From contig NC_045696.1 of the NCBI RefSeq assembly GCF_009834535.1, forward strand, positions 104,782,001 through 104,846,000: a stretch of DNA of 64,000 bases, read 5' to 3'. The notes beneath the pieces were generated by a model that saw nothing but the letters and a program-made list of their open reading frames with translations, was not told the origin of the DNA and made no database searches. The stretch's first letter is position 1, and every line of letters begins with the position of its first letter. The DNA is from Camelus ferus. Lineage: Eukaryota. Below, in pieces: positions 25,715-37,060 of the stretch. The translations under genes were made by a program, and so were the position numbers.

Positions 25715-26212
25715 TCCCCTGACAAGGTCCCTGGGCTGGACATCTTCCTCCTCGCCTCCACGTGGACCTTCCCCTCTCTGCTAAGTGCTCCAGGAGGCAA
25801 ATGGACCATGTTAGTGAGCTCCTGTGCCCACCCTCCTGTGGTTGGGTTCAGCAATGGGAGTCGCTGCAGGGGCTGAGGAAGGGAGGGGAGGGGTTGGGGT
25901 ATTTACTGCCCCCACAATCTCTCCTTATGTCCCTGCAATGTGGCCCAGTCCCTCCACTGAAAGGAAGAGCACAGGTCCTGTGTGGAGACCCTCCCTGCCC
26001 AGTTTTACCTTCAAGTTTCATAATCAGTCCCTCCCCTTCAGGCCTCAGGGTGGTCACGTGCCCCGCCCTGTCTAGACCAGGGAACCACACTATCTCTTGT
26101 TGTTCACAACATCCTGCTCACACTTTTGTAAATAATCCCTTTATTAGCCTTTTTCCGAACTACCTAATTTGAATGTGCCATCTGTTTCCTGCCAGGATGC
26201 TGTCTGATGCCA
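25715..26212 (+). mobile_element. LTR33-like ERVL solo LTR
   Basis: 3' end cacacttttgtaaataatccctttatta...tttgaatgtgccatctgtttcctgccagga. Confidence 0.75.
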
Positions 26213-26404
26213 ACTTTGAGAGCAGAAATCATATTTCATGCATTGTTTCACGAATTACTGTATCAACCACAGAGCAGAGTCAGGCCCACAGTGGATGGGA
26301 AATGCCTGATTGGATATCTCCTTCCTCGCCTAAAAGTTGGACTTACGGGAAATTTATTTAAATTGTTTTTTTTGCAAATGGAATTCTGTTTTAATTGGGA
26401 GAGC

Positions 26405-26548
26405 TCAATGTTTCCTAATCTATTTTGGGGACATGGATCTCTTTTAAAAAATGTGATGAAAGCTACAGACCTTCAACCTAGAAAAACATACGAATGCATG
26501 TTTTTGCAAATGCTTGCATGAATTTGCAGACAGTTCATAAACCCCTGC
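26405..26548. mobile_element. hAT-Charlie MITE (MER117-like)
   Basis: tgtgatgaaagctacagacc...agaaaaacatac...aacccctg. Confidence 0.5.
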
Positions 26549-26640
26549 AAATGTATCTATTATTTATTAAAGCAAAGATCCTGTTGGAATGTGTATACTT
26601 TGCTTCCTAATTTGAAGACACAGTCAATTCTAAATGCTTT

Positions 26641-26672
<32 letters not shown>

Positions 26673-26680
26673 TATTATTA
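26641..26680. repeat. (ATC)10(ATT)3 microsatellite
   Basis: Read directly from the sequence. Confidence 0.97.
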
Positions 26681-27174
26681 AATTGGGGATGGCACTTGGA
26701 TTTACAAGTCAGTGTGGTATTCCCAGGATCTGGGGTAAAACACAAAAATTCTAGACTCTTTTAAATGACAGAAGAGAAAAATGACTACAGGAACACTTAG
26801 ACAGCCCTTACTCTGTGCACTGTCCTAACTGCTTTATGATTACTAACTCATTTAATGTCCACAATAACTCAATAGGCAGTCCTGTTCTTATTCTATCCTA
26901 GTCTCCTCAAGCTGTTGAGATTAGCCTGGCTCTTTCCATCCCAAAGAATCAGGGAAGTCACTTCTTGACTAGGAAATTAGACTCGGAAAGGGTCAGAGTG
27001 CCTGACAGTGGCCCTCTCTTCCTACTTCCAAAGCACTCGGTTTTTAGCACTGTCACTCCACTCAGCCATCTGCCTTATAGTCCCTTGTGTGTGCACTGCC
27101 CCCGCCAGCACACCAGTGGTTTTCAATATCTTTCCCATGGTGATGTCCTTGACCCAGAATATAGATCACAGGGT

Positions 27175-27420
27175 GTTAGTAACAATAATTAAACCTGGAG
27201 TGTTTTGAGACCTTACTAGGTACTAGACCACCCTGTCCTAAGAGTTTTATAGACACTTTAGTTATTACACTTTAGTTATTCCTCATGACAATTCTATCAT
27301 TAGGAGTTTTATTATTCCCATGTTACAGACGAGGAAGCAGATGCTTGCAGAGGTTAAGCAATTTTGACTGGGTCAAATGGCTAGGAAGTCCTGGACCTGG
27401 GATTTGAACCCTGGCAGGTT
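27175..27420 (-). mobile_element. MIR with an internal 14-bp tandem duplication (27253-27280)
   Basis: cccatgttacagacgaggaagc, gggatttgaaccc; acactttagttatt x2. Confidence 0.8.
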
Positions 27421-27999
27421 TCCCCCAGATTATTACTGCCTTCTAGGGTTGAAATGTTGCTGTGGGGCACTCCCACTATCCTAGCTCACTGGTTCTAAAA
27501 TCATCCTAATTTCCCCCTCTCAAGAATACATCCTGGTATTAAAATGAGGAAGAGTGACACTATTGTGATAACCTTGAATGGGCTCTGAATTTTTTGAATT
27601 CAACTATTTGCTATTTGCATTATTTTAACTATTGCCAGGAACACATAACTTGCACCTTCTGACAAATGCCAGCCTACTTGTCTGTCTTCACGCGATGTCA
27701 GGGATCCACTACATTGAGGATCTAAATATGGCCATCTCTGTGTCCCCAGCACAACTGAGGCTCCCAACATTTAAATGTATGCATGCAAGTGTACATGAAT
27801 GAATAACATTGGAAAGGATGACCCTCAAGTCTTAAAGGCCAGGTAATAAAAAAAAAAATTGCAAAAGGATTGGGAGGAGAAGCAAGTGATAAGGATACTG
27901 TACTAGCCATTTCTCCCCTCATGCCACCCAATATCCCTTCCTGATCCTCAAACCCATCTGCCAGTCCCTGTAGAACTCAGAGAATATCAAAAGCAAACA

Positions 28000-30540
28000 C
28001 CTCAGTCACTCACTTAGGGCTCAACTTTGGATTGTTCCTTCCCCTTCCTATTCTAATGGAAACCCTGAAGCCCTTCAGGGCATTCATTTAGGATTTTCTA
28101 GTGGTAGAGACTAATTTTTCGCAGGTGGAAGTGGGCAGGTGCCTTTTGGATCCCCACAGCCACTTCCAAGCCCTGTCGATGCCTTCTTCATTCAAAACCT
28201 CCGGCTCTTTTGAAGCATATCATCACACTGCTGTGATCTGTCAACTTCCTAGTCATCCTGCACCCTGCCATTCACCAATGACTTCAGGCCTGCTTCCCTG
28301 TCTTCATCTGGGGGGACCTGAACATCCATGATAATAATCTCTCCATAACCATGGCCTCTGAGCTCCTTGTCCTCCTACACCCAGTCTTTTTTCTCCTCCC
28401 ATCTTGGGCATCTAATCCTAAGGCCAAACATCATCACCAATTACTGAACTAACTACAAAATTTCTATTTATCATCCATTCTGACTATCACCTCCCAACTC
28501 TTCTGCTTATACACTCTGGTACAAATGCACTAACGATTCTTTAACCTTACAGGGCCTTACATTGACTGCACTGACCCTGCCACTTTGCTGCTGTCAACCA
28601 TGTCTCCATGTCCTTATTTCCATCCTTATTCTGCTTCGAGTCCATTACCCAGCACTGTAATCCCTCCCTTGCACACCTCCCTGCTTAAATGTCTTGGCTC
28701 TCTCTCCTTCCTTCTCTCCTCCTCCCTTACTTCAATCCCCGTTTAACCCAAATATCTGTCTTTTCACACCCTGTACCCATGTAAATGTGTCAGAAAACAT
28801 CAAGTAAATGGTGCTGGCTGGAGCCTATATATGTGAATTCAAATTTCCAGTGGTTGATCAGCACCATGGACAGTGCCACGCCATTTCCCCAGTAAATTCA
28901 CTGTCTCACTCCCCATCTAATCATTCCACACCTTCCTCTCTCTGCTTAAAACTCCAATACTCCTTCCCCACTCCTAACTCTCAGTTGGTAACTTCATCTC
29001 ATATTTCATAAAGAAAGCATGAAATCAGGGAACTGCTTCATATTCCCACCCCTAAATTCTCCAGCTCACAGGCATCTGTTCTCATGTACTCTGCTTCCCC
29101 TCCTATTACAGTACAAACCTCTCTACTCCTAAGGTCCACCCCCTCCTTATGCCTTATACCTGTCCTCCTTGCCCACTCAAGGCCTTTTCTCCTGCAACTT
29201 CTCTTGTCTCCTGAATAGTTAACTTTGTTCTCACCATAAACATGCCTTGACATTGACTCTCTAAAACATTCCCCACCCTACAATTCCCTCCCTTCAGCCA
29301 CTGGCCCATTTCCACGTACCTGTTCCCTGCAACCTTTCTCAAGAGAGTTGACAACACTCGTGATTCCCACTTCTTCCCCCTCATCCTCCCTCCAACCACC
29401 CCAGCGGGGCTCTGTACCCACTGCTCCACTGAGGCCACTCCTCCATGGTCACAAGTCACCTCTGTCTGGCTAAATCTAATGGTCAGTTCTCCAGACTCAT
29501 CTTATTCAGCCTCAGAGTAGATGACACTGGTTTTCTGAAATCATTTTCTCTTCTAGGTCTCTATGTCACCACACTCTCTTGGGATTCCTCCTACCTCAGG
29601 GCTTCTATCCCTGTCTCTGGCTGATTCCTGCCTCCTGAACTCAGTGTTGGCCAAGAGCTTGGTCCTCGGCCCTGCTCTCTATGGGCTCTCACTTTCTGCG
29701 TGTTCTCATCCTGCAGTAAAACGTTACGTTCTAAATGCTGATGATGACACCGTTTCATCCCAGGCCTTAGTTTTCCCCTGAGCTTCAGATTTGAACATTC
29801 AACTGCAAACTCTGTCAGCATCTCCACTTGGATGTCTCACGGGGCATCTCAACATACTCAGCACTAGACCCCTGATTGCCTCCCCCAAATCTGCCCCTTA
29901 CCCAGTCTTCCTCATCACAGTTATTGGCACCACTGTCCACTCAGTTGATCAGTCCAAACCCTGGGGAGTCATCCTTAAGTCTTTTTTCCTGCTGCCTACA
30001 CATCTCATTCATCAGTGAAGCCTGTGGCTCTACCCTCCTATTTTTCCACTAATTCATCCACTTCTTACTACCTCTGCTGACTACTTTTCCCCTAGTACAA
30101 GTCACTATCATCCCTTGCCTGGGCTACTGTGGTGGAGAGCATCTGATCTCCCTGCTTCCATCACTGTCCATTACAGTTCACCCTTCTGCAGCAGTCTGCT
30201 TATAACCCTGGCAGCTTTGTATGGGGACATTAAAGATCAGCTATAGTGAGGCCTTCCCAGATTTGATCCTGGCTTTCCTCTCCATCTCATTGCCCACCCA
30301 TCCCCAAACACCGAGCAACCATGCAAGCCTTGTTTCTCAATACACTGAATGAGTTTTTACCCAGGGTCTTTGCATGTGCTGTTCCTTCTGCCTGGGATAC
30401 TTTTCCTTTATCTTTTCACAGTTGTTATCCTAGCATTCAGATTTCAGCTCAAGTGCCATCTCCTCAGAGAGACCCTCCCTGACCACCCACTCCTGGTGGC
30501 TTTCTTCTCCATTTATTTATTTTCTCTACAGCACTTAACA
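28000..30540 (+). mobile_element. Long LINE2 relic (endonuclease region through 3' region)
   Basis: SFEAY..TAVICQLP resembles the L2 endonuclease 'SFE...AVIYRPP' segment; pyrimidine-rich L2 body with aaatctaatggtcagttctc, catctccacttggatgtctc, aaaccctggggagtcatcctt. Confidence 0.8.
28857..28877 (+). promoter_or_regulatory. RE1/NRSE (REST binding site)
   Basis: ATCAGCACCATGGACAGTGCC versus consensus TTCAGCACCNNGGACAGCGCC; both half-sites intact with the canonical 2-bp spacer. Confidence 0.8.
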
Positions 30541-30544
30541 AACA

Positions 30545-30730
30545 CTTATAATGCACTTACCATGCTCTGGGCACTACTTTAAGTGCATTACAATATCAAC
30601 ACATTTAAACCTCATACTAACCACATACTATTAATTTTATTATTATCACCATCTTACAGATGAAGAAACTGAAGCACAGAGAAATTAAGTAACCTGCCCA
30701 AGATCCTATATCTGGCACATGTCAGGGCCC
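30545..30730 (-). mobile_element. MIR
   Basis: ttacagatgaagaaactgaagcacagagaaattaagtaacctgcccaag. Confidence 0.88.
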
Positions 30731-31339
30731 AAATTAGCACTCTAGTGAAGGCATTGGAGTGTCTGCTTTCCAGGGGTCTGCTTGGTGGGGGATAATGCAG
30801 AGGGGAAGTCATTAGCATAGAAGTGAAGTGGTCTGATGTGCCCTAGGCTAGGAAGAGAAGGCATTCTAAAACCCACTGTGTGAACTTAAGTGAGCCCACC
30901 TCTCTGGGAGGGTCCGTTTCTTTATCAGTGAAATGAGGACTCTGGACTTGATGACTTCATGGGTCTTCCAACCAGAACCGTGATTGTTTGGTGGGTTTGA
31001 CATAAATGGGTGGATGATCTGGGAGCCTAACTCAGGGGCTGTAGGTACTACCAGTACCACCACCACTGCGACCACTAATACTACTTATAAGATGATGATG
31101 GTGACATCTGCTAGGTTTTCTTGAATGTTTCCTGCAGTGGCCCTCTGCTTCATGGGCTCATCTAATCCCCACTACTGCCCTGTAAATTACCCTTGTTTTA
31201 TAGAAAAGACAAGTGAGACCCAGAGAAGTTAACAAAATCACCCCAGGTCACACAACCCAGAATTGGTCAAGCTGGATTTTGAACAAGGTAGACCAGTCCC
31301 CTCCCTTCCCCATCCAACTTCCTCCAATTCAAGTTCCTA

Positions 31340-31545
31340 CTCTTCCATTTATATTTACTGCTTAGCACTTATCACCCTCCTACATACTTACTGTGTTTCT
31401 TCATTGTTTCTCTCTTCTCACTACAATGTGAGCTTCACAAGGACAGAGGGTCCTGTTTACTTTGTCCAGTGGCACATCCCCAGTGTCCCAGAATGGTGCC
31501 TGGCACCCAGAAAGTACTCAGTGGAGAGATGCTGCCTAAGTGACT
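31340..31545 (+). mobile_element. LINE2 3' tail
   Basis: aatgtgagcttcacaaggacagagg...ccccagtgtcccagaatggtgcctggcac. Confidence 0.8.
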
Positions 31546-31625
31546 ACCTTCCATGCAGGGCTCCTTCAGTGCCGCGTCCCCGACCTGCGAGGCTCATGAG
31601 CCGACTGGCTCTCCAATCTCTCTGA

Positions 31626-32264
31626 CAAGGGTAAGCAAATTACAGCCCACGGCCACATCCAGCCCATAGCCTGGTTTTGTACAGCCCATACACTAAGAAT
31701 GGTATTTGCATTTTTAAAGAGTTGTAAAAGAAGAAGAGAAAGATGAGGAGGGTGAAGAAGAAAAAGAGAAGGAGAAGAAACAGCAACAGCAACCAACAAC
31801 AAGAAATATCGCATCACTATGTTGTGTGACAGGAAATAACACGGTGTTGTAGGTCAATGATACTTCAAAGACAAACTAACCAACAAAATCATAAGACAAA
31901 GAGATCAGATTTCTGACAACCAGAGGCAGCGGCTGGGAGGAACAGGGAATAGGATGAAGGTAGTCAAAATGTACAAACTTCCAGCTGTAAGATAAGTAAG
32001 TATTAAGGATGTCATGTACAATGTGATATACATATTAATGCTACTGTATGTTACACTTGAAAATTGTTAAGACAGTAAGTCCTAAGAGTTCTTATCACAA
32101 AGAAAAAATACTTTTTATATCTCTTTAATTTTATATCTGTACGAGATGATGGATGCTCAGTAAACCTATTGTGGCAATCATTTAAAAAAAAAAGAATATG
32201 CAACAGACCATATGGGCTACAAAGCCTAAAATATCTGGCTCTTTAAAAAAGTGTGTGGACTCCT
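31626..32264 (-). mobile_element. MER58C-like hAT-Charlie element split by a purine-rich expansion and an L1
   Basis: Left half gcaaattacagcccacggccacatccagccc...ctaagaatggtattt; right half gaccatatgggctacaaagcctaaaatatctggctcttta. Confidence 0.75.
31812..32192 (+). mobile_element. LINE1 3'UTR fragment (L1MA9-like)
   Basis: ggatgaaggtagtcaaaatgtacaaacttccagctgtaagataagtaagta, cctaagagttcttatcacaa. Confidence 0.8.
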
Positions 32265-33504
32265 GCTCTAAGGAGACCAAGGTGACCAGTGGGTGTGCCC
32301 ATCCCTCAGGGGGTCCCCTAGAGAGTGCGCTGTGCCCACTGTTTGGCTATCCCTCAGACACTCTCCCCCCACATAGCATCCCCCAACATGACCCCGAGTG
32401 GTGCACAGTCTCCCTGTGCCTTAATTCATGTTTCCAGGCCATTAGGCAGACAAATGTGGCTCAGAACAGAGTGCTCAAGAGGCCCCTCCATGGGGATTTC
32501 CTAGGAATCCATTTCTTGGGAGTAAAGGTATTCTTCATTATCTAATAAAATAGTTGTACTGTGAACCAGGAGTCTAGAATTCAGCTAACGTGATCCCATT
32601 AGCAGTTACGGCCACGCCTCACCATTGGGTTTCTGCTACGCACCCAATGCTCTGCCCCTCACATCCATCCATCCAGTGTGTTTGCTGGCTTTGAAGTTAA
32701 GAGGGGCTGCTCAGGTTTGCCCCCTCATCAATGCCAGCCCTGCACAGCTAATAGACTCACACTGTTAAGGCTGCACTGACAAGCTCCTGCAGTGGGGGAC
32801 AGTGTCCTCCAGCTGCATGCCCTATGCTGAAAGCTGGTGCGTGCCCAGCCCATGGAAGCCAGCACTGTAGGCACACCTAAATCTTAGGGTGGCACAAAAA
32901 GGTGTCCACTGCAGGTCAGTAGGAGACAGAACCATGGGCAGATGCCCGTGCTGGGCTTTGCTCTACTCCTGGTTGGGTCAGAACTACAATGAATGATCTT
33001 CCATGACACTTGTGTTTTTACTCCCTTTAAAGCTGACCAATAAGGTGTCAACTTCAAATGACAGGTGTGTGTGTTTTCCCATCAATTCAGACTTGGTGAG
33101 AATTGGTTTTCTTGGGAGGGAAGGTGAGATGAGCTGCAGGCTTCCCGTGCTTGCCCACTTGTGCTGGCAGAGCTGTCCTCACCCTGAATGCCCGGGCCAC
33201 AAGGAAATCGAGGCTGAAGGAGCTTTCTTCTACCCAGCACCCATGGGGCAGCTGAGGACTCCAGAGTCATGGCTCTCTTGGAGGATGCCTATGGTCCACA
33301 TAGCCCAGCAATTAACCATGCGCTAACTCACAGCTTACATGATGCCGATATTACAATGTGCTGGCTGGTGTATACCCACTACTTCCCTGCATTGTGCCTT
33401 TTCTGGACATCTCACCAGCCTCTCTGGGGTAACAGGAGGAACCAAGGCTTCTCCTCCCTTCCACTTCTCAGTGTCTAGTGCTAGACATGCTCGCTGCCCC
33501 CTAT

Positions 33505-33945
33505 ACCTTCCAGAGCCTGCTTTTCCCCACCTGTAACACAGAGCTAGCAGTACCTTCCACCAGGTAATGGTGAGGACATCACGAGGAAAAGCGGGCAGAT
33601 CCCTTGACCCAGAGCCTGCCCGGGACAACATCCGTGACCGCTAGCTCCCCTGGAAAGGAGCTCATTGAAGAGGTGGGTGTCCCTCTAGGGTAGGGAGGCA
33701 CAGAAGAGGTCAGTTGTCTGTAAACTACACTTATCCCTGCCCCTTCTCCTTTTAATGAAAGTTTTATTATCAACCACATTGGTCCAATGCTTTTAGCTCC
33801 CCAAAGAACTTTCATAGTCATGGATTTACAGGATGAGCAGAGCATCTCTGGATCAGGGAGGAAGGTGGAGTTATGCCCATTTTAAAAACATGAAAATCAG
33901 GGAGGTGAAGCGACTTGCCCAAAGCTACAAAGAGAACTCACGGCA
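33505..33945 (-). repeat. Inverted duplication, arm 1
   Basis: Reverse complement aligns with 35375-35817, e.g. gactatgaaagttctttggggagctaaaa exact; the ORF track shows the same peptide MKVLWGAK.IGPMWLIIK on opposite strands. Confidence 0.95.
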
Positions 33946-34885
33946 CACAGCGGTGCTCGCTGTTAATGACTGACTCACCCTGGGGTGACTTGATTCTGGG
34001 ATTCTGCTGACTAGGGGCCATGGAATCATATCATGTCTTTCCTGCTCCTGATCCAGGAGGAAGCAGTTTGAAGAGATAAGCAATGGGAAGGGGAAGAAAT
34101 GTGAGGGTGATCTATTGAAACTTTGAGCCATGACACCCCCAGCCCCACCTCCTAAGCCCACATCTTACCCCTTCTGGCCCCACAGCTAGTGGGGAGCTGG
34201 GTCCTCTCTCTCCCTCCCCTATGCCCTCCTTGGATCCCACCCAACTGCTCTGTGTGGCCTCTGAGGCTGCTGTCCACCTTCAACCCAGCACCCCCAGGGA
34301 ATCAGGGGCAGCACCAGAGGAACTGTTAGCCAGTGACATGATGACAATAACTGCACCACCACTGCCAGAACCTCTTCTCCACTCCAGACATGACGCTTAC
34401 TTCTGTCTCAGGAGAGAACGTATTGTCCATGTTCTAAATATGGGGAACTGGAGCCTCAAAGAGGTTACATAACTTGCCAGTGTCTGAATTCAAACTCAGG
34501 GGTATCTGAAATTGAACCACGTGCCCCTCTCCCCATGCAAACTTCCCAACAGAACTCATTCTGAGGCCCTCCACCCCTCCGTCCTTTCACCTGATCCGAC
34601 TTCCAAGACATGGCCCAGACTGTTCCACTGAATTACATCCATTTTGCCTCTTCCAACCACTGTTGACACTGAGATAAAGCCCATTGTTTCCTTCCTAAGC
34701 CTCAGCATTTCCGGGTCTTCAAGAGAATTCAGCTCAGAAATTCCCAGCAGTCGTGAGACCAAATGACGACTTACGGCTTTTCTCTGGAACTGGGACTTTT
34801 TTCAAGGGTTTCCATCACTCTCCTTGCCAAGATAGCCCGTTCTTTTATTTATTTATTTTCTGTCTTTCAGTTCCAACACATGGCC

Positions 34886-35253
34886 TGCATTAGTCAGCTC
34901 AGGCAGCCATAACAAGACTGGGGAGCTTAAACAACAGAAGTGTATTTTCTTGCACTTCTGGAGGCTGGAAGTCCAGGATCCAGGTGTTGGCAGGTTTGAT
35001 TTCTTCTGAGGTTATCTCCTTGGATGATGGCCATCTTTTCTCTGTGTCCCCACATGGCCATCCCTCTGTCTGTGTCCTAATTACCTCTTCTTATAAGGAC
35101 ACCAGTATTATGGGATTAAAACCCACCCGTAAGAGTTGGTTTTAACTAATTATCGATTTAAAGAGCCAGTCTCCTAATACAGTCAAAGTCTGAAGAACTA
35201 CGGGTTAGGACTTCAACATATGAATTTGGGAAGACATGATTCAGCCCATAGCA
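34886..35253 (-). mobile_element. MLT1A-type MaLR solo LTR
   Basis: gcttaaacaacagaa, ttctggaggctggaagtcc, cttataaggacaccagt, ggttaggacttcaacatatgaattt; perfect 5-bp TSD TGGCC. Confidence 0.9.
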
Positions 35254-35374
35254 TGGCCTAAGAAGGAGGCAATTAGCAGCAGGACACCCTAATAACAAGG
35301 TTACCAAGGGGCAAAGGGACCAAATACAAGGAATATGGAACTCAGTTAGGAGACCAGAATCCCAGGTCTGACTC

Positions 35375-35817
35375 TGCCCTGAGCTCTCTTTGTGACTTTG
35401 GGCAAGTCACTTCACCTCCCTGACTTTCTTGTTTGCAAAATGGGCATATCCTTACCTCCTCCTCTTGCCCCAGAGCTGCTTTTCTCATCCTATAAATCCA
35501 CGACTATGAAAGTTCTTTGGGGAGCTAAAAACATTGGACCAATGTGGTTAATAATAAAATTTCCATTAAAAGGAGAAGGGCAGGGATAAGCGTAGTTTAC
35601 AGAGAGTGACCTCTGCAGCCCCTCCGTACCCTAGAGGGATGCTCACCTCTTCAATGAGCTCCTTTCTAGGGGAGCTAACAGTCACAGGCATTGTCCTGCA
35701 CAGGCTCTGGGTCAAGGGCTCTGCCCGCTTGGCCTCATGACATCTCCGCCATTAAACTGGTGGAGGTAGGTGTCGCTAGCTCTGTGTTACAGGTGGGGAA
35801 AAGCAGGCTTCAGGAGG
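35375..35817 (+). repeat. Inverted duplication, arm 2
   Basis: Partner of 33505-33945. Confidence 0.95.
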
Positions 35818-36541
35818 TGTGAAGGTGGGGTGAGCACTTGGAACCACAGCTGTCTGATTCTCCAGCATGTGCTCTTGGCCCTGTGCTGGACTGAGCCCTG
35901 GCTATGGGCCCTGAGAGCCCTGAATCGTGTAAGAAGCATCTCTACCTTCAAAGGGGTCTCAGGCTGCAGAGGCCACCGTGATGTGGTGCCCGGTACAGGA
36001 GAGAAGAAGCAGAGCTAGCAGGGGTTCACTCTTTGTCACGCAGTGGGCAGAGGAACACTCACCGGGGGAGTGGGGACACCTGAGCAGGGCTTTGAGGGCT
36101 GAGAAGGATGCAGGCTGAGAGAGGCCTTTCAGGCACCAGAACAGCATAGTGTACTCAGGACCATCCTAACAACACTGTTCCCTTGCCTTTGTGGGAGTCT
36201 GGAGCAGGAGGAAGAGGGGAAGACAGGAGTGCAGAAGCGATGCCAGAAGACGAACCAAAAGCAAATAGCGCCCACCATCCGAAAGGGGCAAAACAGTAGA
36301 TGCTGAAAAATCTGATAAAATCACTCAGTGCACTTATCGGTGGTATAGCAAATGGGTGATGTGTGAAGACCCAGCACAGGGTTCGGCCACAGCTAAGAGC
36401 TACCTGAGCACAAACACTCCGACTCAAACTCTTCTGATAGGGCAGGAAGTTGGAAGGAACTGGTGTCTCCAAGGCTGCGGTTGGTACTCCAGGGACAAAT
36501 TCAGGTGATAAGGGGTCCTGGTGACGAGTGATGCCCACTCA

Positions 36542-36709
36542 CAAAGGCCTGGGACCTGAGCAAGGCAAAGTGAGGGGCCCAAGGGGCAAAATTTAAGGAG
36601 GTTCTTCTCCCTCCCAGCACTGGTGCAAGTTCAGGGCCCTCCCTGGGACCGAGCACCTCCTTAATTATGTGCTGGGATCTGCACTGAACTCATCCTACTC
36701 TCAGCCCTG
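36542..36709. mobile_element. MER96-like palindromic hAT MITE
   Basis: ggggcaaaatttaaggagg ... cctccttaatt inverted pair. Confidence 0.6.
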
Positions 36710-36859
36710 CTGGAAGAGAGAAAGTCAGTCTCTTTTCAGCTCAGGATCAAATCCTGACTGCTCTGTGTCTGGAAACCTGGCTGTACTCTCTCTGGCTTTG
36801 AGCAGGCCTCATGCTTACAGCCTCCCGCAGGCAACTGTGTCTAACTAGAATCTAGCACT

Positions 36860-37060
36860 GTTGCTTTGGTTCCACCATATTTACTTTTACAGATTTATAG
36901 CAAGTGATATTAGTTTTCTGCACATGGTCGAAATACCAAGTTTCCTTTTAAAATAAATTTGAGTAAAAAATAAGTAAGTTTCTAGGAAGAAAAATATTAA
37001 GTCAATAATAGAGCAAGGGATCTATCGATGAGGAAACCTCACGAGGTGGGACTTATGAGA
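36860..37060. mobile_element. Old hAT-Charlie relic
   Basis: aagtttccttttaaaataaattt...gaaaaatattaagtcaataatag; subfamily uncertain. Confidence 0.45.

Noticed and set aside
26560..26745. Poly-Asp ORF
   Set aside because: Artefact of the (ATC)n microsatellite
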